This document shows, in pieces, positions 26,743 through 33,960 of a stretch of 64,000 bases of DNA. A program made the translations under genes and the position numbers. The notes under the pieces are model-generated. The model did not search any database and was not told where the DNA came from. It was given only the letters and a program-made list of their open reading frames with translations. Positions within the stretch are counted from its first letter, which is position 1, and every line of letters begins with the position of its first letter. The stretch is from a virus. The stretch lies in IMG/VR virus record IMGVR_UViG_3300047315_000823; one strand, written 5' to 3'.

Positions 26743-27018
26743 ATGAGCGCTTACCGAGGGACCGTCATCCTTCAACTCGCAGACTCGAAGCCCGCGGCAG
26801 CAGCCGACCTGACGAAGGAGGAGGCTGGGTCGTGGGCCGGAACTCTGATCTTTCCGACCGAGGCCCGCACGCCGGAGCTCCTCAACCTGACCGAGGGCCA
26901 GCTGTGGGTCCATGGCCGCGAGGGCGCCTTCGTCCGGCCAGACACCTCGGATTGGGTCAGCTCCCCCACGGGTCAGTTCCGGATCCGCATTGAGGGCAAC
27001 GGCGACGCCCCGTTCTGA
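26743..27018 (+). CDS. Small beta-rich protein (DUF4873-like)
   Basis: YRGTVIL...W.G.L...G.G.APF; TAGCCT 6 nt before the ATG. Confidence 0.6.
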   Translation: MSAYRGTVILQLADSKPAAAADLTKEEAGSWAGTLIFPTEARTPELLNLTEGQLWVHGREGAFVRPDTSDWVSSPTGQFRIRIEGNGDAPF

Positions 27019-27066
27019 CACGGCGAAGCGCCCCACTCCTCGCTGCCGTGGCGATGAGCGGGGCGC
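27017..27066. terminator. Hairpin between convergent genes; starts with copy 1 of an 18-bp direct repeat
   Basis: GCGCCCC (27028-34) pairs with GGGGCGC (27060-66). Confidence 0.6.
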
Positions 27067-27074
27067 TGTAGCAG

Positions 27075-27728
27075 CTACGCAGCTGACTGGCTGACCTGCT
27101 GCCAGGGTGTCGGCCCAGTCTGTGACGCCCAGCCTGCGAGGGCCTGCTCATCGTAGAGGCGGATGCGCTGCGTGGCGGCGTAGCCGGCAGCCTGCCGAGT
27201 GAAGGCACTCGTGGTAACCACGACGGGGATCTGGGCGTGATGCACGGCGTAGCAGGTGCCTCCGAACCGCTGCATCTCCGGGGAGCCCACTTTGTGGGTA
27301 GGCCCGTAGCGCTTGCACTGGATCACGATCCGGCGGCCGTCCGGGGCCGTGGCGACGACGTCAGCTCCGAGGTCTCCGGCGCCGCCGCTCACCTCGACGT
27401 TGGTGCAGCCGTCTCGCTGGCACAGGTAGGCGATGGCGTGCTCAAACTCTTTGGGGCCGAGGACGTGGTAGCGGGCAATCTCGCGTGACTGCACCTCGCG
27501 GACCTGTGCCTGACGGGCATTCTCAAGGCGGCGCTGTTCGGCCTTGCGGGCGCGGCGCACAACGTAGATCCCACCGGCGACGGATGCGGCCAGGAGTAGC
27601 GGAACCCCCAGGCTTGGGACATGTTTGACCAGTTGGAGGAGAACCGCAAGGGGCACGAGTACCGCCCAGATGCCGCGGATGATGACGGACTGACAGGACA
27701 GACCGCGTCTGGTGCGGCGTGGCGGCAT
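27075..27728 (-). CDS. Mrr-like (PD-(D/E)xK) restriction endonuclease with N-terminal TM segments
   Basis: EFEHAIA, GGAGDLGADVV, IVIQCKRY, VVVTTSAFT; hydrophobic N-terminus. Confidence 0.85.
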   Translation of the reverse strand: MPPRRTRRGLSCQSVIIRGIWAVLVPLAVLLQLVKHVPSLGVPLLLAASVAGGIYVVRRARKAEQRRLENARQAQVREVQSREIARYHVLGPKEFEHAIAYLCQRDGCTNVEVSGGAGDLGADVVATAPDGRRIVIQCKRYGPTHKVGSPEMQRFGGTCYAVHHAQIPVVVTTSAFTRQAAGYAATQRIRLYDEQALAGWASQTGPTPWQQVSQSAA

Positions 27729-27872
27729 GAGTTCCCCCGAGAGCGTGATCGTGGCGGAAGCGTAGCCGTACTGCGTTATTCCGGTGGCCAGTTGGCGGGC
27801 ACCACCGCCCGGACACTACGATTCGCCCCCACCCCCTGCCGGTCGGCAGAGGATGGGGGCGTTAGTGGCAGG

Positions 27873-29537
27873 TCAGGTGGCCTTCGAGACCCAAGGCCAG
27901 GTCGCGTCGCGCCCGGCTTCAAGGAGCGGCACCAGGCGGAAGGCGGTATCCGTCAGACCGCCGAGCGTGTGTCGGCCTGCGGCCCCGGAGGGCATGGCAC
28001 CAGGCTTGTAGCCGGCCAGGTTCCACATGTAGACCGGCACGTGCTTCGGTACGAGGTTGTCGATCTGCGTCTCCCGCATCCCGCCGAAGCGTTCCATGTT
28101 GGACGGGAGCCAGCCGGGCCGGGTCTGTTCGTCGGTGACGACGATGACGCGGTCGTGCCGGTCGTAGTGCTTCTTGACGGCGGTCGGGATGTCGGTGCCG
28201 TCGTTCTGGCCGTACTGCTCGATGAGTTTGAGGACGCTGCCACCCTTGGGGACGTCTAGCCGCTTGGAGCTGCCGCCGAACTCAACGAGCGTCGGCGCCT
28301 CGGCGCGCATCGCGAGTGCGGAGCCGAAGACCGCGGCCTGTTCGGCAAGCGTGATGTCCGAGCTGTTCGGCGTGGAGAAGCGTAGGCCGGGGAACATCGA
28401 CGGGGAACGGTCGACGAGGATCAGCGTCCGACCGGACAGGCGGGGCACGTTGGCGAGGGAGTGGCCGAGGGCCTGCTCGAGCGCGTGAGCCCACCGCAGG
28501 GACGGGGCGTGCTTATAGGCGGCCCACCAGCGGAACGGGAACATGCGGGAGGCGTTCACTGCGGCCGGGTCGGTGAAGCGGGCGCAGATCTGGGCGGCCA
28601 CCGTATTGGATACGCCGACCTCGTCGAAGTTCCGGAGGTTCCTGGCGAGCGCCATCAGGCCCATGGACGGGATGATCGCCTCCCAGGCCGCCTTGTCCAT
28701 CGGTCCCTGGAGCCAGCCGGCCAGCGCCTCCCAGGTAATGCCTGCAGCCGCGAGCCGCTTGGCACTGTCGGGGGCCGTTACGACCGCGCGCCGCTCAGCG
28801 ACCGGTATGGCCATCAGCTCACGGTGCGCGGTCAGCGTCCGGTTCGACGTCGGCGGGATGGCGCTGTCGGGGTTGTGGCGTCGGTCGAGCGCGTACTGGA
28901 ACAGCTCGCCCTGCCATGGCTTGCCCGGGTCGGGTGCGGCGTGGACGAGGTTGAGGATGTCGCCGAAGCGGTAGCCCTTGGACGCGGTGTCGTACTTGAG
29001 CAGGCTTCGCTCGGTGTAGAGGTGCTGGACTGCGTCGGCGATGCCGCGCTTCACCGGCTTCGGCAGGCGGCGGCCGTAGCGGGAGGTCCAGTAGCCGAGC
29101 AACTCGCCAGGCTCGTCGGGACGCTGGAGGACGGCGTCGATGACGCGGCGGTTGAAGCCCGCGTCGAACGTTCCGTCGGTGGGGGCGGCGGCGTTGCGTG
29201 TCGCATCGAGTCGCGCCCATACGAACTCTGCGGCGCCGACCAGGGCCGCGATTCGCATGTTGCCTTCGCCTCGCAGCCAGCCGAGCAGGCCGACCGTCCA
29301 CTCCGGGTCCTCGACGGCCAGCTTGCGGACGAGCTGCGTGTACCGGTCGTCGCGGTCCCCGCCCTTCTCGTAGAAGGCGTCCTGGCCAACGAAGTTGGAC
29401 ACTGCCAGCAGGAAGAGTTCGGAGCGTGCGTCCCGGAGATGCCCAGTGGCGCCTTCGTGGGTGACGGTCCGCTCCCCGGTAGTGGTCACTGGCGAATGGA
29501 CGGCGGGACGGGTGCCGCGCTGGTTGAACCTGGACAT
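27873..29537 (-). CDS. rsr: Ro60/TROVE-domain RNA-binding protein with C-terminal vWA domain
   Basis: ELFLLAVSNF, LPKPVKRGIADA, KYD, ALARNLRN, SRMFPFR, ILVDRSPSM (MIDAS), IVVTDEQ, WNLAGY; true start MSRFN at 29537. Confidence 0.92.
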   Translation of the reverse strand: MSRFNQRGTRPAVHSPVTTTGERTVTHEGATGHLRDARSELFLLAVSNFVGQDAFYEKGGDRDDRYTQLVRKLAVEDPEWTVGLLGWLRGEGNMRIAALVGAAEFVWARLDATRNAAAPTDGTFDAGFNRRVIDAVLQRPDEPGELLGYWTSRYGRRLPKPVKRGIADAVQHLYTERSLLKYDTASKGYRFGDILNLVHAAPDPGKPWQGELFQYALDRRHNPDSAIPPTSNRTLTAHRELMAIPVAERRAVVTAPDSAKRLAAAGITWEALAGWLQGPMDKAAWEAIIPSMGLMALARNLRNFDEVGVSNTVAAQICARFTDPAAVNASRMFPFRWWAAYKHAPSLRWAHALEQALGHSLANVPRLSGRTLILVDRSPSMFPGLRFSTPNSSDITLAEQAAVFGSALAMRAEAPTLVEFGGSSKRLDVPKGGSVLKLIEQYGQNDGTDIPTAVKKHYDRHDRVIVVTDEQTRPGWLPSNMERFGGMRETQIDNLVPKHVPVYMWNLAGYKPGAMPSGAAGRHTLGGLTDTAFRLVPLLEAGRDATWPWVSKAT

Positions 29538-29538
29538 G

Positions 29539-29561
29539 AAAAAGCCCCTCGCGTGGAGGGG
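29539..29561 (-). terminator. Intrinsic terminator immediately before the rsr ATG, sequestering its SD
   Basis: CCCCTC-CACGC-GAGGGG-C-TTTTT-C-ATG. Confidence 0.7.
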
Positions 29562-29573
29562 AGGTGCAGCAGT

Positions 29574-29717
29574 GGGGTGCCCGAGATCAAGGTCGGTGCG
29601 GGTGACAAGGCGCTCTGCCGATTGAGCTACAGAAGCCGCTAAGCCTCCGGCGGGACTCGAACCCGCAACCACCCCATTAGCAGTGGAAGTAACCCGTACC
29701 TGCGCACCGGGCACCCC
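29574..29717 (-). ncRNA. yrlA: YrlA-type Y RNA (tRNA-mimic domain on a Ro-binding stem)
   Basis: Terminal stem GGGGTGCCCG/CGGGCACCCC, GGTGCGCAG/CTTGATCTC Ro-site-like helix, T arm GCGGG-TTCGAGT-CCCGC, closed 7-bp acceptor stem, D arm GCTC-AATCGGCA-GAGC. Confidence 0.85.
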
Positions 29718-29719
29718 CG

Positions 29720-29802
29720 ATGCTGTGCCTCCCGAGATCAAGACGGCTGCGGGTCTGTTTCGCCAAAGGAAGGAACCGCAGCCTGCGCACCGGGAGGTGC
29801 AT
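29720..29802 (-). ncRNA. Second, shorter Y RNA (YrlB-like)
   Basis: CCTCCCG/CGGGAGG stem, the same CCGGTGCGCAGG...CTTGATCTCGGG motif, internal GGCTGCGG/CCGCAGCC stem. Confidence 0.75.
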
Positions 29803-29871
29803 GAAGTTGTGTTACCACCATACCCGCATCAACCAGTAACGTGTCTACCCGTTACCGCAACTGCCCCACCG

Positions 29872-29924
29872 GACACGGCGAAGCGCCCCCGCTGTCACCC
29901 CGGCAAGGGGGAGCAGCGGGGGCG
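29872..29924. terminator. End-of-lysis-operon hairpin; starts with copy 2 of the 18-bp direct repeat
   Basis: CGCCCCCGCTG (29884-94) pairs with CAGCGGGGGCG (29914-24). Confidence 0.65.
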
Positions 29925-29934
29925 TCTCATGCGC

Positions 29935-30267
29935 TCACACGTCGATGGAGTCAAGGTACGGCTTGGCCCGGTCCGGGATGGGGCGAGGTGCTGGCGGTTC
30001 GAGGCCGGCGGTGCGGATGTAGGAGACGAGGCCGCGCCGGTCGACCACGAGCCAGGAGATCGCCGCGCCCTGGCCGGTGATCTGTTCCTGCTGGCCCGTC
30101 AGATCGTCCTTCAGGTCGTCGATGCGTTCGTTGAGCGCCTTCTTGATCTCGGTGAAGTCGTCGCGCTTCTCCTGCCGCTTCGTCCGGCGTGCCGAGCGTG
30201 CCGACACGACGCCGCCCGCTGCCGCGACGACAGCCATACCCGCCTGCACCCAGGTGTCCGCGCCCAT
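29935..30267 (-). CDS. Membrane-anchored coiled-coil lysis-cassette protein
   Basis: N-terminal TM plus coiled coil; last gene of the lysis operon. Confidence 0.7.
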   Translation of the reverse strand: MGADTWVQAGMAVVAAAGGVVSARSARRTKRQEKRDDFTEIKKALNERIDDLKDDLTGQQEQITGQGAAISWLVVDRRGLVSYIRTAGLEPPAPRPIPDRAKPYLDSIDV

Positions 30268-30689
30268 CAGCCCTCAACTCTCTTGGGCCGGGGCGCCTCT
30301 CGCCACCCGGCAGCGACGATCACCGGTATAGCGATCACAGCCCAGACCGCGGCGGCCACCCAGCCTCTCGGGAAGTCACCCAGGAGCCACGACACCAGAT
30401 AGGACAGCATCCACGGCAGGACGATGAGGACGAGGGCGACGAAGCCGAACCAGTCCACGCCCTGCGGCACGAACGCTGCGCCGAGGGCCAGGATGCCGGT
30501 GGCGATCCACAGCCAGCCCCAGACGTGCAGCGGCAGCACTTGCGTTGCCAGGGTGAGACCGCGCTGGTCGGGCTGCGGGGAGACGAGCTGTCCGTACCCG
30601 TAGAGGGCCCACACCGTGCCGTAGCTGAGGAGGATGGCGCCGCGGCGGCCCAGCATTCGCATCAGCCGCCGGGCCGCACGGCACCGCAT
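30267..30689 (-). CDS. Four-TM membrane protein (lysis cassette)
   Basis: Four hydrophobic helices; the start may be a few codons downstream. Confidence 0.7.
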   Translation of the reverse strand: MRCRAARRLMRMLGRRGAILLSYGTVWALYGYGQLVSPQPDQRGLTLATQVLPLHVWGWLWIATGILALGAAFVPQGVDWFGFVALVLIVLPWMLSYLVSWLLGDFPRGWVAAAVWAVIAIPVIVAAGWREAPRPKRVEG

Positions 30690-31010
30690 TTACACGCTCC
30701 GGGGCTGCTGGGCGGGGACGCCGCCGGTGGAGGTGGCCCGCTCGATGCCGGGTGCGATCCCGGAGGGCTTCCACAGCAGGTGATAGGCGGCGCCGATGGC
30801 GACGGCGGCGACGAGTATGCAGGTGACGATGCTCTTGCTGACGAACTCGCCGTTGAAGTAGGCGGTTCCCACGCCGTCGAGGACGGCGACGACGAGCATG
30901 AGGAGGCCCTTGACGGCGCCGGTCCAGCGGGGCTGCGCCACGATCGCGATGGCGAGCGGCAGCAGGTAGCCGAGGGCCGCAGCCCACAGCTGTGCGTCGG
31001 TGGGGTGCAT
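30690..31010 (-). CDS. Holin-like protein
   Basis: Three TM helices, 106 aa, downstream of the endolysin. Confidence 0.7.
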   Translation of the reverse strand: MHPTDAQLWAAALGYLLPLAIAIVAQPRWTGAVKGLLMLVVAVLDGVGTAYFNGEFVSKSIVTCILVAAVAIGAAYHLLWKPSGIAPGIERATSTGGVPAQQPRSV

Positions 31011-31024
31011 CAGTGTCTCGATTC

Positions 31025-31372
31025 TTAGACGGGCTGCGCGAGTTGTCTGCAGCCGATGACGGTGCCAGTGGCGTTCCGTACCTCGCGGTACGGGACGAGG
31101 AGGTCGTCGCGTCCGCGCGTCAGGAGCGACAGGGCGACGGGCAGGGACACAATGAGCTGCACGCCGTCGCGTTTGGGCGGGAGGTCGTGGGCATGGCTGT
31201 ACACGACAAGTTCGATGCCGTCCGGCTGGGTGCCGAGTTCGACCATGGCCAACCGGGCGGGCTTGGCCTCGGGTTCGATGGCCTCGCGCAGGTGCGGTTC
31301 GAGGTCGTCAGATCCGTCCTCGCGCGCGTTCATGTAGAGGCGGATCGGGTGCGGAGTGAGGTTGAGGATCAC
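31025..31372 (-). CDS. NLTPH-motif small protein (possible ring-nuclease family)
   Basis: NLTPHPI, IVSLPVA, RDDLLVP, VRNATGTVIGCR; GTGA overlap with the exonuclease. Confidence 0.7.
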   Translation of the reverse strand: MILNLTPHPIRLYMNAREDGSDDLEPHLREAIEPEAKPARLAMVELGTQPDGIELVVYSHAHDLPPKRDGVQLIVSLPVALSLLTRGRDDLLVPYREVRNATGTVIGCRQLAQPV

Positions 31373-31953
31373 GCCGCCTCCCCTGCCGCGCGCCCGACGA
31401 GGAGACGTCGGACGGTCTGGTTGTGGCGGGCATCGGCGAGCGCGTTGTGCACTCCGCCGTCCTGCTTCGGCAGGTCGTCCCAGCCGAGGCCCTGGCGTCG
31501 AGCCTCCTGCTGGATGTCGTTGGTGAACATCGGAACACCCTCGGGCAGGTCGATCATTCGGCCCCAGAGCTGTGCGAGGCAGACATGGTCGTAGGCGCCG
31601 TAGTCGGCCCAGAGCTGCACGTCAGGCCCAGTGGCGCGGATGAAGTCCATGACCTCGTCGGCGATCCGCTCGATGGGTTTCACGGCCGGGTCGAGGTAGT
31701 TGAACAGCCAGGACTGCGGCATGTGGTTGCGCCAGTCCCCGTGTGGTTGCGGCAGGTGCGGGATCACGTTCTCCATCAGCCACTTGTGCTTGCGCACCCG
31801 GCGCCGGAACCGCCAGCCCTTCCAGCCTCGCGCGGCGAGGAGCCCGTTGACGGCGTAGTACTCGCGCCCGTCCTCCGCCTTCATGCCGATAGAGATCGGC
31901 TCGATGCGGACACCGTCCTCCAGGAACTCCCAGTCGTAGTCGACCGCGGTCAT
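31369..31953 (-). CDS. DEDDh 3'-5' exoribonuclease, RNase AS (Rv2179c)-like
   Basis: YDWEFLEDG..IEPISIG, WLMENVIPHL, WADYGAYDHVCLAQLWGRMIDLP, HNALADARH. Confidence 0.85.
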   Translation of the reverse strand: MTAVDYDWEFLEDGVRIEPISIGMKAEDGREYYAVNGLLAARGWKGWRFRRRVRKHKWLMENVIPHLPQPHGDWRNHMPQSWLFNYLDPAVKPIERIADEVMDFIRATGPDVQLWADYGAYDHVCLAQLWGRMIDLPEGVPMFTNDIQQEARRQGLGWDDLPKQDGGVHNALADARHNQTVRRLLVGRAAGEAA

Positions 31954-32843
31954 GCGACCACCTGGAATCCATGCTTGCTGCCGAGCTTCGTGAGGGACGT
32001 CTTGCCGGGGATGCCGTCGGCGCCGGTTCCGCTGTAGCCGAGGTGCTTCTGCCAGGCCTTGTAGGCGTCGACGGTCTTCGAGCCGAACGAACCGTCGACG
32101 TACTGCGAGGTGAGCAGGCCTTCGGCCTTCAGCGCCTTTTCGACGATCAGGACTTCGTCCTTGTGACTGGTGTGGCCCTGCGCGGCGGCCGGGTCATGGC
32201 GCGCGGCGTAGACGATGTGCGCGAGGGAGACCTTCGGCTTCGCCGGGGTGGGCGGCTTGGCCGGCGCGGGCGGGGTGGGCGGCTTCGCGAACAGGTCCGG
32301 CATCAGGCCAGGGTCGAGGTGGCTGTTGCCGGGGATCTGGTTGTGGCCGTAGTGCCCGCCGAGTTTCTGCCAGCTGTCCAGGGACACGGTGTCGCGGACG
32401 AACCCGGTGGGTGCCCCGCCCGGCCACACGTCCTGGATGCCGAGGCTGCGCAGCCACGCCACGATCTTGTCGAGTCCCTTGCACGGGGTGTCCCGGACCG
32501 ACTCGTATCGCTTGCCGTTGACTGTCTCGCCCTGCGTGAACACCGTCTCGATCTGAATGCAGTACATGCCGGTGCGGTTGGTCCGGACGCTGCCCGCGTT
32601 CTGCAGGGACAGGGAGCGGGAGTCCGCGGGGAAGAACTGTGCGATCTCCCCGGTGAACGGATCCCACAGCAGGTGGGGGGCGACGCTGGCGCCGCCGCCG
32701 GTGAACCAGCCCAGTTCGGCGGCGAACGTCCAGTCGTGCTCGTTGGACGTGATGTGCCAGACGGCCCGCGCGGGGCCGCCGTTCATGATACCGGTGTTGC
32801 CGAGGGAATGCCGGGCCGCGCCGGGCATCCAGAGGTCGACCAT
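31950..32843 (-). CDS. Endolysin (amidase-like domain plus peptidoglycan-binding domain)
   Basis: AVWHIT, PHLLWDP, IQIE, GHNQIPGNSHLDPG; PT linker; DGSFGSKT...WQK...ADGIPG..SL..LG. Confidence 0.85.
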   Translation of the reverse strand: MVDLWMPGAARHSLGNTGIMNGGPARAVWHITSNEHDWTFAAELGWFTGGGASVAPHLLWDPFTGEIAQFFPADSRSLSLQNAGSVRTNRTGMYCIQIETVFTQGETVNGKRYESVRDTPCKGLDKIVAWLRSLGIQDVWPGGAPTGFVRDTVSLDSWQKLGGHYGHNQIPGNSHLDPGLMPDLFAKPPTPPAPAKPPTPAKPKVSLAHIVYAARHDPAAAQGHTSHKDEVLIVEKALKAEGLLTSQYVDGSFGSKTVDAYKAWQKHLGYSGTGADGIPGKTSLTKLGSKHGFQVVA

Positions 32844-32845
32844 GG

Positions 32846-33679
32846 TCAGGCTCCCGTCAGGTGGTTGTCGCGCGCCCACTCGCTCATCGACTGCCACGCC
32901 GCAACCAGACGCGGATCAAGTCCAGGAGTCGGAGAAGGAGTGGGCGAAGGAGGAGGGGAAGGCACGGTGGCCCAGACCGGGACGGTGACGTCGCCCTGCT
33001 GCGACAGCAGCCACTGCATGTCCGTCTGCGCCAGCCAGGCCGACCCGAGGCCGCCCCAGCTATCGCCCCACGAGTTGTCCATGCGGAACACGCCGGTGGT
33101 GGCGTTGTAGGCGGAGATCACGTACTCGTGGCCGCCAGCGACGCTGCTCTCACGGTCGACGCTCACGTATCCGCTCTTCGAGTCGACGTCGAACATCGAC
33201 TCCAGCCAGACGGTGCCGACCATCACGGGGCCCCTCTGCAGGGCGCTCTTCAGGGCATCGAGACTGAAGGCGTGAGTGTACGAAGCCGCGAGACCCAGCT
33301 TCTGCAGCGCCTTCGCGGCGCCAATGCCGCTCGAGCCGGTGTCGTCGGGCGGGTAAGTGCCCTTGACGCTGTCCAGCTGTGTGGCCAGCTCGTACACCTT
33401 CACCGCGAGGTTCTCGTCGACGAGGACGATGCTGTTGTTGACGGTTGCCGAGGTGAGGCCCGTGCGGGCCGCGGAGTCGGTACCGAGCAAACCGGTCGCG
33501 GCATTGCCCGTGCACGACCCAAGGTCGCCCTGGTCGAAAATCGGGGCGCGGCGCGTCCAGTCGACGCTCTTGATTGCCGACTTGGGTAGGACGCCGTGGG
33601 CGTAACGGAGGGACCGCGGGTCGTGCTGGACGTGCCGGCCGAGCCGCGGATCCGACGGCTCATAGACGTGCGTGCTCAA
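32846..33679 (-). CDS. Papain-like (C1) cysteine peptidase
   Basis: DQGDLGSCTGNA (Gln, Cys), GGHEY (His), DNSWGDSWG (Asn). Confidence 0.85.
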   Translation of the reverse strand: MSTHVYEPSDPRLGRHVQHDPRSLRYAHGVLPKSAIKSVDWTRRAPIFDQGDLGSCTGNAATGLLGTDSAARTGLTSATVNNSIVLVDENLAVKVYELATQLDSVKGTYPPDDTGSSGIGAAKALQKLGLAASYTHAFSLDALKSALQRGPVMVGTVWLESMFDVDSKSGYVSVDRESSVAGGHEYVISAYNATTGVFRMDNSWGDSWGGLGSAWLAQTDMQWLLSQQGDVTVPVWATVPSPPPSPTPSPTPGLDPRLVAAWQSMSEWARDNHLTGA

Positions 33680-33696
33680 GGGCCCTCCCGGGCATG

Positions 33697-33721
33697 AAAA
33701 AACGCCCCGGGAGTGGGGGCG
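33697..33721 (-). terminator. Intrinsic terminator after the tail module
   Basis: CGCCCC...GGGGCG followed by TTTTTT on the minus strand. Confidence 0.7.
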
Positions 33722-33753
33722 TCGGGGATGGTGAATCGTTCAGGCTGCGACGG

Positions 33754-33960
33754 TCATGACTCCTGCGGCTGCGGCGTGAGCAGGCTCGCGGAGACGAGCG
33801 TCATCGACGCTTTGCACAGTCCGCACTCGACGACCACCAGGCCGCCGTTGGAGTAGCAGGGGTTGACCTCGAATTCCTGGCCGAGGTTTTCGCACTCCGG
33901 GTTGTCGTCCCGGGCGGTGACCGAGTACCAGAGCGCGGGCTGGAACGTCACGTCGCTCAT
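33754..33960 (-). CDS. Small Cys-containing tail-associated protein
   Basis: ATGA overlap with the upstream gene; EC...CGLC. Confidence 0.6.
   Translation of the reverse strand: MSDVTFQPALWYSVTARDDNPECENLGQEFEVNPCYSNGGLVVVECGLCKASMTLVSASLLTPQPQES

Noticed and set aside
19800-27000. Plasmid-prophage partition system (parAB/parS)
   Set aside because: No ParA Walker-box or ParB gene was seen, so plasmid-like maintenance is not supported beyond the second recombinase
29612-29688. Canonical tRNA gene (T-loop TTCGA, D-loop GG)
   Set aside because: The arms are in permuted order, the acceptor stem is closed by a loop and there is no CCA; it is the YrlA domain
29538-29741. 68-codon N-terminal extension of the TROVE ORF in the ORF track
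   Set aside because: It runs through the Y RNA and a terminator; the SD-like sequence and protein-like sequence begin at ATG 29537
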